Positions 1 to 10,101 of a stretch of DNA of 64,000 bases are shown in pieces. The stretch is from Acidimicrobiia bacterium (lineage in GTDB: Bacteria; Actinomycetota; Acidimicrobiia; IMCC26256; JAGNEX01). The stretch covers positions 651 to 64,650 of the forward strand of contig JAGNEX010000004.1 in NCBI GenBank assembly GCA_018003035.1, in the 5' to 3' direction. Within the stretch, counting starts at the first letter, position 1, and each line of letters starts with the position of its first letter. The notes beneath the pieces are model-generated. The model was given only the letters and a program-made list of their open reading frames with translations, searched no databases and was not told the DNA's origin. The translations under genes and the position numbers were made by a program.

Positions 1-353
1 GCCTGGCGGGCCAGGCTGGGCAGGGACATGCCGCCCCCGGCGGTCAAGGTCAAGTCATCGAACTCGACAGCGACCAGTTCGCCAGCGCAACGCACCACGA
101 CGCCGTCAAACCCTGCGTCGCTCACCAGCAGATTGGACCCATTCCCTACTACCAACACCGGTACCCCGCTCTCTCCGATCGTCTGAGCGATCAGCGGGAT
201 GTCGGCAGCGCGTGACGCAACAACGACGTAGCGGGCGCGGCCTCCGACGCGGTAGGTGGTGTTCGCCCCGAACGCTGCGTCGAACGTGACGCCACCCGGT
301 AAGGCGGCCGCGAGCGTCTCAAAGAGCCGGTCGGTGCGGTCGTCGGTAGCCAT
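1..353 (-). CDS. murB: UDP-N-acetylmuramate dehydrogenase (MurB), N-terminal part, truncated by window edge
   Basis: Absent from the ORF track. My translation of the complement from 353 gives MATDDRTDRLFETLAAALPGG...TTYRVGGRARYVVVASRDAADIPLIAQTIGESGVPVLVVGNGSNLLVSDAGFDGVVVR, a MurB FAD-binding signature. It directly follows murC. Confidence 0.9.
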   Translation of the reverse strand, partial: MATDDRTDRLFETLAAALPGGVTFDAAFGANTTYRVGGRARYVVVASRAADIPLIAQTIGESGVPVLVVGNGSNLLVSDAGFDGVVVRCAGELVAVEFDDLTLTAGGGMSLPSLARQ

Positions 354-355
354 TG

Positions 356-1774
356 TCAAAGCGTCCCCGGATCGGCAACGCCCGACTCGATTGTGCCGAT
401 ACGCATCCACTCATCTGCAAGGCCCGTGATATCGCCAGCACCCAGCGTCAGTACGAGATCGCCCGGCCGAGCGAGCGCTCGGACAGCATCGAGCAGATGA
501 CGGCGTTCCCAAACATAGGTGACTCGCCCTTGACCGACGGCCGCTGTCGCAGCGTCGGCGACCATGCGGCCAGATATGCCCACGATCGGCTGTTCACCTG
601 CTGCGTACACATCGGTCACAACGATGTGGTCGGCCCCGGCGAGGGCCGGCCCAAAAGCTGCGCCCAGCTCTGCTGTTCGCGAGTAACGGTGTGGCTGGAA
701 GACGGCAACGATGCGACCGGCGTGACGTTCACGAGCCGCTTGAAGAACAGCGGCGACCTCGGTCGGGTGGTGGGCGTAGTCGTCGATGAGTTCGACGCCG
801 TCTACCCGGCCGCGCCGTTCGAAACGACGAGACACGCCACCGAAGCGCGCCAGCGCCTCCAGTGCTGCGGTCAGATCGACCCCGAGACGGTCGGCCATTG
901 CCAGGACGCCCGTCGCATTGAGGGCGTTGTGGATCCCGGGCACTGCCAGGTGAACAGACCAAGAGGCGTCGCCACGGGTGACGTCGAATCGTGATCCGGC
1001 CGGACCGCCACGGTAGTTGCAGAGCTGGTAGTCCGCTGTGGCACTTTGCCCATACGTGACGAAACTCTGGCCGGTCTGCTGAGCGACCTCCAAGAGGTCG
1101 CCGTCGTCCGCGCACAGCACTCGCTCCCCCGACGCTTGTTCGATGAACTGCGCAAAGGCTCGGCGCAAAGCTGCTTCGTCCCCGAAGTAGTCCATGTGTT
1201 CGGGTTCCATGTTGGTGACGAGAACGTGGTCGGAGTCCAAGGCGACGAAGGTGCCGTCGCTCTCATCGGCTTCGACGACCAGCCAACGGGAGGCACCAAA
1301 CGAAGCGTTGGTGCCCACTTCGTTGAGGTCCCCGCCAACGATGAAGGTCGGATCCCAAGAGGCGTTGCGCAGGACCAACGTCATCATCGATGACGTTGTG
1401 GTCTTGCCGTGGGTTCCGCTGATGGCGATCGTGTCGAACTGTGCCGTGATGGCGGCCAACATCGAGGCCCGCGACACGACGGGGATCCCCAACTCGCCGG
1501 CACGTGCTGTTTCCGGGTTTCCCGCTCCAATCGCAGTCGACGCAACGACGTAGTCGACGTCAGGAGCGACGTTGTCTTCAACATGCCCGACAGCGCATAC
1601 GACCCCTTGAGCCGAAAGGCGCTCCATCGGCTTGGACAACTTCAAGTCCGAGCCCGAGACCTCGTGACCCATACCGATCAGGACCGCAGCGATCGCGGAC
1701 ATGCCGACACCGCCGATGCCGACGATGTGGATCCGCGCTGGCGCGTCGAGAGCAACCGGCGTGATCTCAGGCAT
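356..1774 (-). CDS. murC: UDP-N-acetylmuramate--L-alanine ligase
   Basis: 472-aa ORF with IHIVGIGGVGMSAIAAVL, GTHGKTTTSSM and VFQPHRYSRT; dcw position. Confidence 0.97.
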   Translation of the reverse strand: MPEITPVALDAPARIHIVGIGGVGMSAIAAVLIGMGHEVSGSDLKLSKPMERLSAQGVVCAVGHVEDNVAPDVDYVVASTAIGAGNPETARAGELGIPVVSRASMLAAITAQFDTIAISGTHGKTTTSSMMTLVLRNASWDPTFIVGGDLNEVGTNASFGASRWLVVEADESDGTFVALDSDHVLVTNMEPEHMDYFGDEAALRRAFAQFIEQASGERVLCADDGDLLEVAQQTGQSFVTYGQSATADYQLCNYRGGPAGSRFDVTRGDASWSVHLAVPGIHNALNATGVLAMADRLGVDLTAALEALARFGGVSRRFERRGRVDGVELIDDYAHHPTEVAAVLQAARERHAGRIVAVFQPHRYSRTAELGAAFGPALAGADHIVVTDVYAAGEQPIVGISGRMVADAATAAVGQGRVTYVWERRHLLDAVRALARPGDLVLTLGAGDITGLADEWMRIGTIESGVADPGTL

Positions 1775-2849
1775 TGACTTTCTCCAGGGCTATCTGTGCC
1801 AGCCGATCAGCCGCGTCGGGACGGGCCTGTTGGATAGCGCTTAGGTGCATCTTCTTCAGCGATTCGGGGTCAGCTGCGCGGTCCACTGCGTCAGAAACGC
1901 TCTGCGCCGTGCAGTCGTGGTCTGCCAACAAGATCGCGCCCCCATGATCGGAGAGCGCTCGGGCATTCCGAGTTTGGTGGTCGCCGGGGGCGCCGGGGAG
2001 CGGAACCAACACCGACGGAGTGCCCACGACTGCCAGCTCGGCCACGCTTGACGCGCCCGCCCGCCCGATCACGATGTGGGACGTGGCGTACATGTGGGCC
2101 ATGTCGTTCTCGAAGGGCCGCAACTCGTAGCTCAGCTGTCCCTGAGGTAGATCGGCTTGCAGAGCGGCCGCCGCCTTTGACACTTCGTCGAAGTTGCGCG
2201 GCCCACACGCGTGCTTCAGCACCACGTCGCGTTCGTTCCAGAGGGCGAGCAGTCCGAGCCCCGCTTCGTTCAGGGTTTTGGCGCCCAAACTTCCGCCCAC
2301 AATGCTCACATGCAGCTTTCCCTGTGGATTCCACCTTGCGGTCAGCACGTCCTCGCGGACCGGGTTGCCGACAACGATCGCTCCTGGGAGCGGTGTTTCG
2401 GGCCACGAAACCGCGGCCGTCGCGCCGAGCCGTACCGCGATGCGGTTGACCGCGCCGACGACAGCATTCTGTTCGTGGATCATCATCGGGATGCGCATCG
2501 ACTTCGCCGCAAAGATGGTCGGCGCAGACGCGTAACCGCCGAAGCCGACCACGAGGCTGGGAGGCTGACGTTTCAGAATCTTGCGAGCAAGGCGCGTCGC
2601 CTTCAGCGTCGTGCCAGCGTTCTTGGCGTTCTCCCAGTCAAGCCGTCGGGGAAACCCGCGCCCCGGAAGAAGGTCGACGGAAAAGCCCCGTTCGGGGATG
2701 ACCGTCGCTTCCAAACCTCGCTCGGCGCCGATGAAGCGAATCGACTCGGCTAGAACACCTTTGCGCTGCAGCGCCTCGGCGAACGCAAGCGCTGGAAAGA
2801 GATGGCCGCCGGTCCCACCGCCGGTAATGACGAAGCTGGGGGACGTCAT
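1767..2849 (-). CDS. murG: UDP-N-acetylglucosamine--N-acetylmuramyl-(pentapeptide) pyrophosphoryl-undecaprenol GlcNAc transferase
   Basis: 360-aa ORF with GGGTGGHLFPALAFAEAL and HEQNAVVGAVNR; dcw position. Confidence 0.96.
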   Translation of the reverse strand: MTSPSFVITGGGTGGHLFPALAFAEALQRKGVLAESIRFIGAERGLEATVIPERGFSVDLLPGRGFPRRLDWENAKNAGTTLKATRLARKILKRQPPSLVVGFGGYASAPTIFAAKSMRIPMMIHEQNAVVGAVNRIAVRLGATAAVSWPETPLPGAIVVGNPVREDVLTARWNPQGKLHVSIVGGSLGAKTLNEAGLGLLALWNERDVVLKHACGPRNFDEVSKAAAALQADLPQGQLSYELRPFENDMAHMYATSHIVIGRAGASSVAELAVVGTPSVLVPLPGAPGDHQTRNARALSDHGGAILLADHDCTAQSVSDAVDRAADPESLKKMHLSAIQQARPDAADRLAQIALEKVNA

Positions 2850-4717
2850 CGCCCTCGCCGCCTTACGTTTGGCGCATCGTCTTGGGGACGGATTGCCTTG
2901 ACCAACTTGGCTTGCCAGGTGCTCAACGGCTTTGGCTGACCCGACGACGGCACCGCGTCAAGTTCCGTCGGACGTCCAGCGCCGCGAGCGCTGGGACGCG
3001 CTGCCTTGACGACAGAACCGCTGGGCGAAGTCCGATTGCGATTGCGATCTACCATTGGCTCCGAGGGCCCGTCGAAGGATCGCCGAAGATCAGCGCTGCC
3101 GCGCGGGGCGGACGAACGACGAACCTGCAAATCACTTGCGGCGCGCCGGGACGACACCCGGGGGTCTCGGATTCGACCCGGGCGTTGGGCAATCGATGGA
3201 CGTTCCCCATCCCGCGTCGTCCGACCACCAGCGCTTGGACGGCGTTCACCCGAGCCGGCCGACGTCGGACGAGGACGACGGCGTTCAGAGGAACTGACAT
3301 CGCGGTGGGCGTCGCCACGGGTCGCGGTTCGCCGCTCCTCTTCAGCTTCCGCATCGACCAGGCTGCGACCAACGCTGCGAACCGCGCCCTTGGAGAGGAC
3401 GACCGCGCCTCCGAGGCTTTCTCGAAGGGACCGGCGCTTCACCTTCGGACGCGGCGGAGCGGCCGGCTCGTGGAGTGGGTTGCCCTCCCCGATCCCTTGA
3501 CCGCGTGCCGCAGGTTGGCGAGCAACGTTGAGGATGATTCCCATGGCCGCAAGGGTCATGAACACGGACGTGCCGCCGTAGCTGATGAACGGAAGCGGCA
3601 CACCGGTGGGCGGACCAACGCCGAGGGTCACGCTCATGTGCACGGCGGCCTGAAAGACGACCACCAGGGTCAGGCCTGCGGCAAGAAGTCCGCCGAATCG
3701 GTCAGAGGCGCGAGCGGCCGTCACGAAACCGAAGACGGCAAGGGCCGAGAGCGTCAGAATCACGCCGAGAGTTCCGATCAGCCCGAGTTGCTCGCCGATG
3801 AACGCAAACATGAAGTCGGACTCGACATTGGGCAAAAAGCTATGTTTCGCCAGCACGTTTCCAGCGCCCACACCGTTGACACCGCCGGATTGAACCGCGA
3901 CGAGGGACTGCAGCGAGTTCCATCCGTCTCCGAGAGGATCACGCGCGGGGTCGAGGAGCACCATGAGACGTTCGCGGCGGTATGGCTCAAAGTAGGCAAG
4001 CGCACCGCCGGAGAGGCCGAGCAACCCGGACACGATGGCCATCTCTTTGAGCCGCACGCCTGCCAGGAACAGGACCGAAAGACCGGCCACAGCGATGATG
4101 ATCGCGGTTGCCAAGTCCTTTTGAAGTACGACGATCGAGGCCAGACCAAGGGATGCCATGAGACCGGGGACCAAGACCGACCGAACGTCTGAGGAATCCC
4201 GGGTGGCTGAACCACCGAGCGCTGCCATGGAAATCACGAGGGCCAACTTGGCGAACTCAGACGGCTGGAAGCTGAACGGTCCCAGTTCGATCCAGCGGGT
4301 TGCACCGAACTTCGTCGAGCCGAGCCCGGGCAGAAACACCGCAAACAAACACACCGCTGCGAGCACGACGAGGGCCACGCGAAAACGGGCGAGCCGGTGG
4401 TAGTCGATGTGCGCGAGCACGTACATGGCGACCAGACCGCTCGCAGCGAAGAGCAGTTGGCGCAGGAACATTGCGTACTCAGACCCGAAGGTGTCAAAGG
4501 ACTTCACCGAGGACGCTGACAAGACAAACAGCAGTCCCGAGATCGTAAGCGCACACACCAGACCGGCCAGGACTACCGCATTGACCGGCCAAGGGGCGGA
4601 CTCGCCGCGTGTCCGCGAACGGAGGGCAGCTACACGGCCCCTCATCGCGAGTCCGGCGTTCCGCACGCGTCCGAGGATCGCGGGCGGCGCGGGCCGCGCT
4701 GAAACGTTGGTACTCAT
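2846..4717 (-). CDS. ftsW: Cell-division SEDS protein FtsW with long basic C-terminal extension
   Basis: SEDS motifs (FVLSASSVKSFDTFG, PTGVPLPFISYGGTS) and dcw position. The C-terminal ~190 aa is Arg/Ser-rich and low complexity. Confidence 0.93.
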   Translation of the reverse strand: MSTNVSARPAPPAILGRVRNAGLAMRGRVAALRSRTRGESAPWPVNAVVLAGLVCALTISGLLFVLSASSVKSFDTFGSEYAMFLRQLLFAASGLVAMYVLAHIDYHRLARFRVALVVLAAVCLFAVFLPGLGSTKFGATRWIELGPFSFQPSEFAKLALVISMAALGGSATRDSSDVRSVLVPGLMASLGLASIVVLQKDLATAIIIAVAGLSVLFLAGVRLKEMAIVSGLLGLSGGALAYFEPYRRERLMVLLDPARDPLGDGWNSLQSLVAVQSGGVNGVGAGNVLAKHSFLPNVESDFMFAFIGEQLGLIGTLGVILTLSALAVFGFVTAARASDRFGGLLAAGLTLVVVFQAAVHMSVTLGVGPPTGVPLPFISYGGTSVFMTLAAMGIILNVARQPAARGQGIGEGNPLHEPAAPPRPKVKRRSLRESLGGAVVLSKGAVRSVGRSLVDAEAEEERRTATRGDAHRDVSSSERRRPRPTSAGSGERRPSAGGRTTRDGERPSIAQRPGRIRDPRVSSRRAASDLQVRRSSAPRGSADLRRSFDGPSEPMVDRNRNRTSPSGSVVKAARPSARGAGRPTELDAVPSSGQPKPLSTWQAKLVKAIRPQDDAPNVRRRGR

Positions 4718-6150
4718 CGTTCCTCCAATGAGGCAATGCCTGGTTCTGGGCCGCGCGGACTTGGCTGGAGCAGCCAGGTCTGCACGGCGCGTTCAAAATC
4801 GTTTCCACGTTCGGCGTAACTGCGATACCAGTCAAAGGAGGCGCACGCCGGCGAGAGCAAGACGGTGTCGCCCGCCTTGGCTAAAGCGGCCGCAGCCTTC
4901 ACGGCCGCATCCATCGAATCGGCTGCACGGAAGGGTTTTCCGAGCGCCGCAGCAACGGCTTCGACCTCCGGTGATGCCTCACCGATTCCGATGAGAGCTC
5001 GTATTCGGCTGCCTTCGTCTGCCAACACACCGAGGTCGAGACCTTTGTTGCGCCCACCGGCGATCAACACCACCGAGTCAAACGTTGCGATCGCGTTCAC
5101 TGCAGCGTGCGGATTCGTTGCTTTGGAGTCATCTATCCAACGGACCTGGTCGACGTGGGCGACCAGCGCGACCCGGTGAGCGAGCCCGGTAAATGACGCC
5201 GCAGTCTGGGTGATCCCATCGACGGTGCCCCCCATGTGCCAGGCGGCCGTCCCGGCTGCTACCAAGTTGACGCGATCGATCGGGGTTTGACGGGCGATTT
5301 CATCGACCGTCATGACTGGTGTGCCGTCTAGCAGCAGATCTGAGTCCACCCACTCGACACCCGCTGCTGGGCCGCCCACGACATCACCAGCGCGGCGCGA
5401 GAAGCCGAACCGCTGCGCGGGTGACTCCTGGACCATACCGAGTACGACGGAATCTTCTGACGGGTACACGACGAGGTCATCTGGACTCTGTCCCGTCACG
5501 ATGCGGGCTTTCGCTGCTGCGTAGTCGGCGAGATCCGCATGCCAGTCGTAGTGGTCAGCTGCGATGTTGGTGATGACAGCAACTCGTGGTGCCAGTCGGG
5601 CCGTGGTGGCAAGCTGAAACGATGACGCTTCGAGGACGACCGCAGTGTCGGCGGTCGTCTCTGGCGCAGACACCACGTCGATCAGCGCGGTGCCGATGTT
5701 GCCGGCAGGCCGACTGTCGACGCCGGAAGCACGCAGCATCTCGTCGATAAGGGTCGTCACCGTTGTTTTGCCGTTCGTTCCGGTCACGGCGACGAGAGCC
5801 ATCGAGGTTCTGTCGAGGCCGAACCGCTCTTCCCAGACGCGAAGCGCAAATTCGATCTCACCGATCAGTTCGACAGCACGGTCTGTCGCAGCGGCAAAGA
5901 TTGGGTGTTGCGGCGTAACGCCGGGGCTGACGACGACCAGATCGGCTTCGGTCACCAGCGCATGCCAGTCCGTCACCGGTGCAACGAAAGCGACTCCGTC
6001 ATCAAGGCCGCCGGGACGGGGCCGCGCGGAATCATCGGCCAACGTCGCCTGGCGCCCAGTAGTCGAGCCGCAGACTGCGCGAGCGACCGCCAGACCGGTC
6101 ACACCCGCACCGACAATCAGGACTTTGGTGCCGAGCGAACCGTTGTTCAT
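4714..6150 (-). CDS. murD: UDP-N-acetylmuramoylalanine--D-glutamate ligase
   Basis: 478-aa ORF with VLIVGAGVTGLAVARAV, VTGTNGKTTVTTLIDE and DDSKATNPHA. Confidence 0.96.
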   Translation of the reverse strand: MNNGSLGTKVLIVGAGVTGLAVARAVCGSTTGRQATLADDSARPRPGGLDDGVAFVAPVTDWHALVTEADLVVVSPGVTPQHPIFAAATDRAVELIGEIEFALRVWEERFGLDRTSMALVAVTGTNGKTTVTTLIDEMLRASGVDSRPAGNIGTALIDVVSAPETTADTAVVLEASSFQLATTARLAPRVAVITNIAADHYDWHADLADYAAAKARIVTGQSPDDLVVYPSEDSVVLGMVQESPAQRFGFSRRAGDVVGGPAAGVEWVDSDLLLDGTPVMTVDEIARQTPIDRVNLVAAGTAAWHMGGTVDGITQTAASFTGLAHRVALVAHVDQVRWIDDSKATNPHAAVNAIATFDSVVLIAGGRNKGLDLGVLADEGSRIRALIGIGEASPEVEAVAAALGKPFRAADSMDAAVKAAAALAKAGDTVLLSPACASFDWYRSYAERGNDFERAVQTWLLQPSPRGPEPGIASLEER

Positions 6151-7184
6151 CGCAGAGCTCCGGTGTTCACGAAGTCGGCATAGAACAAGCCGACCCCGGT
6201 TCCGACGCAGATCCCAGCGATGATCCAGAAGCGAACGATGACCGTCGTTTCAGGCCAGCCGGACAGTTCAAAGTGGTGATGGATTGGGGCCATCTTGAAG
6301 ATCCGCTTACCGGTCATCCGGAACGACACGATCTGAAGGACGACCGACATCGTCTCAAGCACGTACAGGCCGCCGAGGACAGGCAGCAGCAGTTGAGTTT
6401 CGGTGACGATTGCCAGGCCCGCCATAGCTCCGCCGAGGGCGAGTGACCCGGTGTCACCCATAAAAATCCGAGCGGGGGCAGCGTTCCACCACAGGAACCC
6501 CGCGCAGGCTCCTACCATCGAGGCGGCGACGATGGCGACGTCGGCGGCGGACTCCGAACTGATGCCATACACATCGGTGTTACCGGCCTGCCAGAAGCTG
6601 ATGAAGGTAAAGGCAGCGAACACCATGGCCGCGGATCCGGTCGCAAGACCGTCGAGTCCGTCGGTGAGGTTCACGGCGTTGGACGAACCAACGATCATGA
6701 TCATGGCCCACACAAAGAACGCGATCTCACCAAGATCGAGGTACGTCTCCCGGGTGAACGACACCGAGGTTGAGGTATCGGTCAGCCAGAGGAGAGAGGC
6801 GCTAAAAAGGGCCGCGACCGCTACGAGGCCGGCGCTTTTACCCTTCTTGTTGAGCCCCATATTGCGCCCGCGTCGGATTGCCAGGGCGTCGTCGGCAAAC
6901 CCGACCAGGCTCATGCCGACGATCAGACCAACCAAGGCCAGACCCGTACTCGAAAATCCGTCGAGGCCGCTACGGATGTGTACGAACAAGTAGGCCAAGA
7001 CGGCACTGACGACGATCGCTACACCACCCATGGTCGGAGTCCCCGCCTTGGTCAGGTGGCCGGCAGGACCGTCTTCTCGGATTGGCTGACCAATCCGACG
7101 GGCCTCCAAGGTCTTGATCAGAAACGACGTTCCCGCCAGGCTCAGACCCATTGCCACAGCGACCGCAATCAGAAGCGAAATCAT
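6147..7184 (-). CDS. mraY: Phospho-N-acetylmuramoyl-pentapeptide-transferase
   Basis: 345-aa membrane protein with TPTMGG, NAVNLTDGLDGLA and APIHHHFELSGWPETTVIVRFWI. Confidence 0.97.
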   Translation of the reverse strand: MISLLIAVAVAMGLSLAGTSFLIKTLEARRIGQPIREDGPAGHLTKAGTPTMGGVAIVVSAVLAYLFVHIRSGLDGFSSTGLALVGLIVGMSLVGFADDALAIRRGRNMGLNKKGKSAGLVAVAALFSASLLWLTDTSTSVSFTRETYLDLGEIAFFVWAMIMIVGSSNAVNLTDGLDGLATGSAAMVFAAFTFISFWQAGNTDVYGISSESAADVAIVAASMVGACAGFLWWNAAPARIFMGDTGSLALGGAMAGLAIVTETQLLLPVLGGLYVLETMSVVLQIVSFRMTGKRIFKMAPIHHHFELSGWPETTVIVRFWIIAGICVGTGVGLFYADFVNTGALR

Positions 7185-8572
7185 GAACTCGCGCCTTCCC
7201 TCAACATGGCGGCAACGGCGCGTTCCAACCCACTGGCGCGACTCGCCTTGACGAGGACCGCATCCCCAGACGCGATCTCGGCGGCGAGTGCTTCACCGGC
7301 ATCGAGTGCCGAGGCAAAGGTCATGACTTCCAGACCCAACGCCCGACCGCGTTCTATGGCTGCAAGAGCCCCATCGCCAACGACGACCAGAAGGTCGACG
7401 CCCGCCGCCCTCGCTTGATCGGCCACGAGGCTATGCACTTGGCTGCTGAGTGCACCCATTTCGGCGATCTCGCCAAGGACCAGGATGCGACGGCCAGCCA
7501 CGGACATATCGGCAAGGGTCTCCAGAGCCGCAGCCACGGATTCCGGATTTGCGTTGTACGCATCATTGATGACGACGGCACCTGAGCGTGAGGTGCTGAT
7601 CTCCATCCGCCACCTGCTCGCCGCTGCCTCAGAAATGCCGTAGAGGACGCCGTCGAGGTCGCGACCCATGCTGAGGCCGGCCGCGATCGCAGCCAATGCA
7701 TTCGACACCTGGTGGCGCCCGACGAGCGGCACGGCCAACCGGCCGGTACCCCAAGGCGACTGGACAACGCACCGGGTGGTCAAGTCTGGCTGCACTTCGA
7801 GGTCGACTGCCCGGACGTCTGCTCCCCGCGCCTCGCCGAAGGTCACAAAGCCAGCGCGGGTTCGCTGACGCCAGCTCGGCAGGTACGGGCTAGCGAACGG
7901 CGCAACGGCGGTGCCTCCTGACGGCAGCGCTTCGAAGAGTTCTCCTTTAGCTTGTGCGATCGTGTCCTGATCGCCGAACTCCCCGATGTGGGCCCTTCCG
8001 ATGTTGGTGATGATCCCCACCGACGGTTCGGCGATGTCTGCAAGGTAGGCAACGTCGCCAACCTTGCGGGCACCCATCTCGGCGACCACAACTTCGACGC
8101 CACGCGGGGCGTTGATCAGCGTTAACGGCAGACCGATCTCATTGTTGAACGACCCTTCGCTGGCTACGACCGAGCCGCCTTCGGCCAGCGCCGCAGCGAG
8201 GAGATCCTTGGTCGAGGTCTTTCCCGCAGAGCCGGTGACACCGATGACGCTGCGCACTTCAGCGCGAGCCAGATGACCCCATCGGCCGAGAACTGCGTCG
8301 GTATCGTCGACCTCGAGCAGCGGGCCGCCACCGACATCTGCGTCTCGCCGCACCACACAGACGGCGGCACCCCGCCGCCACGCTTCGTCGACAAAGTCGT
8401 GACCGTCACGTTCACCTTGGAGCGCGACGAACGCTTGTCCGGGGCGAAGCCGGCGCGTATCGATGTCCGCCCCGTCAACGAGGTGTCGCTCCAAACGGGG
8501 GCCGCTACCGGCCAGGTCGAGTGTGATCGTGCCGCTCAGAGCTTCGGCCAGGAAGTCAAGATCGAACATCAT
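7181..8572 (-). CDS. murF: UDP-N-acetylmuramoyl-tripeptide--D-alanyl-D-alanine ligase
   Basis: 463-aa Mur ligase with GVTGSAGKTSTKDL and NDAYNANPESV. Confidence 0.95.
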   Translation of the reverse strand: MMFDLDFLAEALSGTITLDLAGSGPRLERHLVDGADIDTRRLRPGQAFVALQGERDGHDFVDEAWRRGAAVCVVRRDADVGGGPLLEVDDTDAVLGRWGHLARAEVRSVIGVTGSAGKTSTKDLLAAALAEGGSVVASEGSFNNEIGLPLTLINAPRGVEVVVAEMGARKVGDVAYLADIAEPSVGIITNIGRAHIGEFGDQDTIAQAKGELFEALPSGGTAVAPFASPYLPSWRQRTRAGFVTFGEARGADVRAVDLEVQPDLTTRCVVQSPWGTGRLAVPLVGRHQVSNALAAIAAGLSMGRDLDGVLYGISEAAASRWRMEISTSRSGAVVINDAYNANPESVAAALETLADMSVAGRRILVLGEIAEMGALSSQVHSLVADQARAAGVDLLVVVGDGALAAIERGRALGLEVMTFASALDAGEALAAEIASGDAVLVKASRASGLERAVAAMLREGASS

Positions 8573-10101
8573 GTTGCGATCTCCTCTGCCACCGCCCGAA
8601 CAACGTCTCTGTCGTCGAAGGGAACAACGATCTTGCCGATGATCTGACCGGTCTCGTGGCCCTTACCTGCGACGACGACCATGTCCCCCGCCTGGGCCCG
8701 GAGCAACGCTTCTGCGATCGCACGCCGCCGGTCCGGCTGTACCGTGACATCAGGATGCGCCGAGAGTTCCGTGCTGGTGAGGATGTCGTCGATGATTGCG
8801 CTCGGGTCCTCAGAGCGAGGGTTGTCCGACGTCACGATCACCACGTCGGCATGGGTGGCGACCGCGGTCCCCATGAGCGGTCGCTTGAGCTTGTCGCGAT
8901 CGCCGCCGCAACCGAAGACGCAGATGACCTGACCAACGGGGGTCAGTTCTTGAGCGGAGCTGAGGACGTGGGTAAGGCCGTCGGGCGTGTGGGCGAAGTC
9001 GACGACCACCGTGTATGGGCGGTCGAGCTCGACGGGCTCCATACGGCCGGGCACCCGCGCAGCCCCAGAGATGCCCGAGAAGATGTCGGACCACTCGATA
9101 CCGACCGCACGGGCAAGCCCGATCGCCATCGCAGCGTTGGCCACGTTGAAACTGCCTAACAACGACGTGCTCACGTATCGGGGTTCAGAATCCTCGACCG
9201 CGGTGAACTCTGTTGCTTCTCGAAGCGTAAAGGTCGTTCCAGTCTGGGCGAGTAGGACGTCTTCGATCTTGAGAGTGGCGTCTGGGAGCGTCCCGACCTT
9301 GGTCACAGCCATCGTGTTATCCGCCTGTGCGGCGACTTGCTCCGCCAGCTTCTTACCCCACGGCGAGTCGACGAAGACGACGCCACGACGCGAGTAGCCG
9401 TCGGTAAAGAGCATCGCCTTCGCGGCGAAATAGCTGTCGAGATCACCGTGATAGTCAAGGTGGTCGTGACTTAGGTTGGTAAAGCCGACCGCGGCGAAAG
9501 TCGTCCCTGCGACACGTCCTTGCGCGAGGGCGTGTGAGGACACCTCCATAGCGACGTCGGTGACCCCGTCTTCGGACATGGTCGCCAGCCATGACTGGAG
9601 TTCAGGCGCTTCTGGGGTCGTGAAATCGGCCTTGGACGACACACCGTTGATCGTGATGCCGATGGTCCCGATGGTGCCGCGGCTCCTGCGCCCCGCTTGG
9701 TAGATCGCATCCAACAAATGCACGACGGTGGACTTACCGTTGGTCCCTGTCACGCCGACGACACGCATCGACTGCGAAGGATTGCCGGCAACGGTGGCCG
9801 CAACTGGACCCAGGGCGCGTCGCACGTCGTTGACGATGATCTGAGCAACATCCAGATCGAGTTCCGCATTGGTGAGCACCGCCGTTGCGCCGCGTTGAAC
9901 CGCATCGGCAGCGAACTGAGATCCATCAAAGTTGTCGCCACTGACACAGGCAAAGAGGTCGTCAGCGTGTACTCGACGAGAGTCCATATTCACGCCACGG
10001 ACTCGCGCCGAGGTATCGCCGATGATGCGGACGACGCCCAGCGCGGGCCACCCGCAGCGTTCGACCAGTTCAGCGACGGTGATCGCGTGGGGCGTCATCA
10101 T
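8569..10101 (-). CDS. murE: UDP-N-acetylmuramyl-tripeptide synthetase
   Basis: 510-aa ORF with GVTGTNGKSTVVHLL, VVDFAHTPDGL and SDNPRSEDP. Confidence 0.95.
   Translation of the reverse strand: MMTPHAITVAELVERCGWPALGVVRIIGDTSARVRGVNMDSRRVHADDLFACVSGDNFDGSQFAADAVQRGATAVLTNAELDLDVAQIIVNDVRRALGPVAATVAGNPSQSMRVVGVTGTNGKSTVVHLLDAIYQAGRRSRGTIGTIGITINGVSSKADFTTPEAPELQSWLATMSEDGVTDVAMEVSSHALAQGRVAGTTFAAVGFTNLSHDHLDYHGDLDSYFAAKAMLFTDGYSRRGVVFVDSPWGKKLAEQVAAQADNTMAVTKVGTLPDATLKIEDVLLAQTGTTFTLREATEFTAVEDSEPRYVSTSLLGSFNVANAAMAIGLARAVGIEWSDIFSGISGAARVPGRMEPVELDRPYTVVVDFAHTPDGLTHVLSSAQELTPVGQVICVFGCGGDRDKLKRPLMGTAVATHADVVIVTSDNPRSEDPSAIIDDILTSTELSAHPDVTVQPDRRRAIAEALLRAQAGDMVVVAGKGHETGQIIGKIVVPFDDRDVVRAVAEEIAT

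Noticed and set aside
353-994. 213-aa + strand ORF opening near the window start
   Set aside because: Entirely antisense to murC, no recognisable domain and a TTG start; a typical high-GC shadow ORF.
2882-4192. 436-aa + strand ORF
   Set aside because: Antisense to ftsW, composition consistent with a shadow frame of its hydrophobic and Arg-rich regions.
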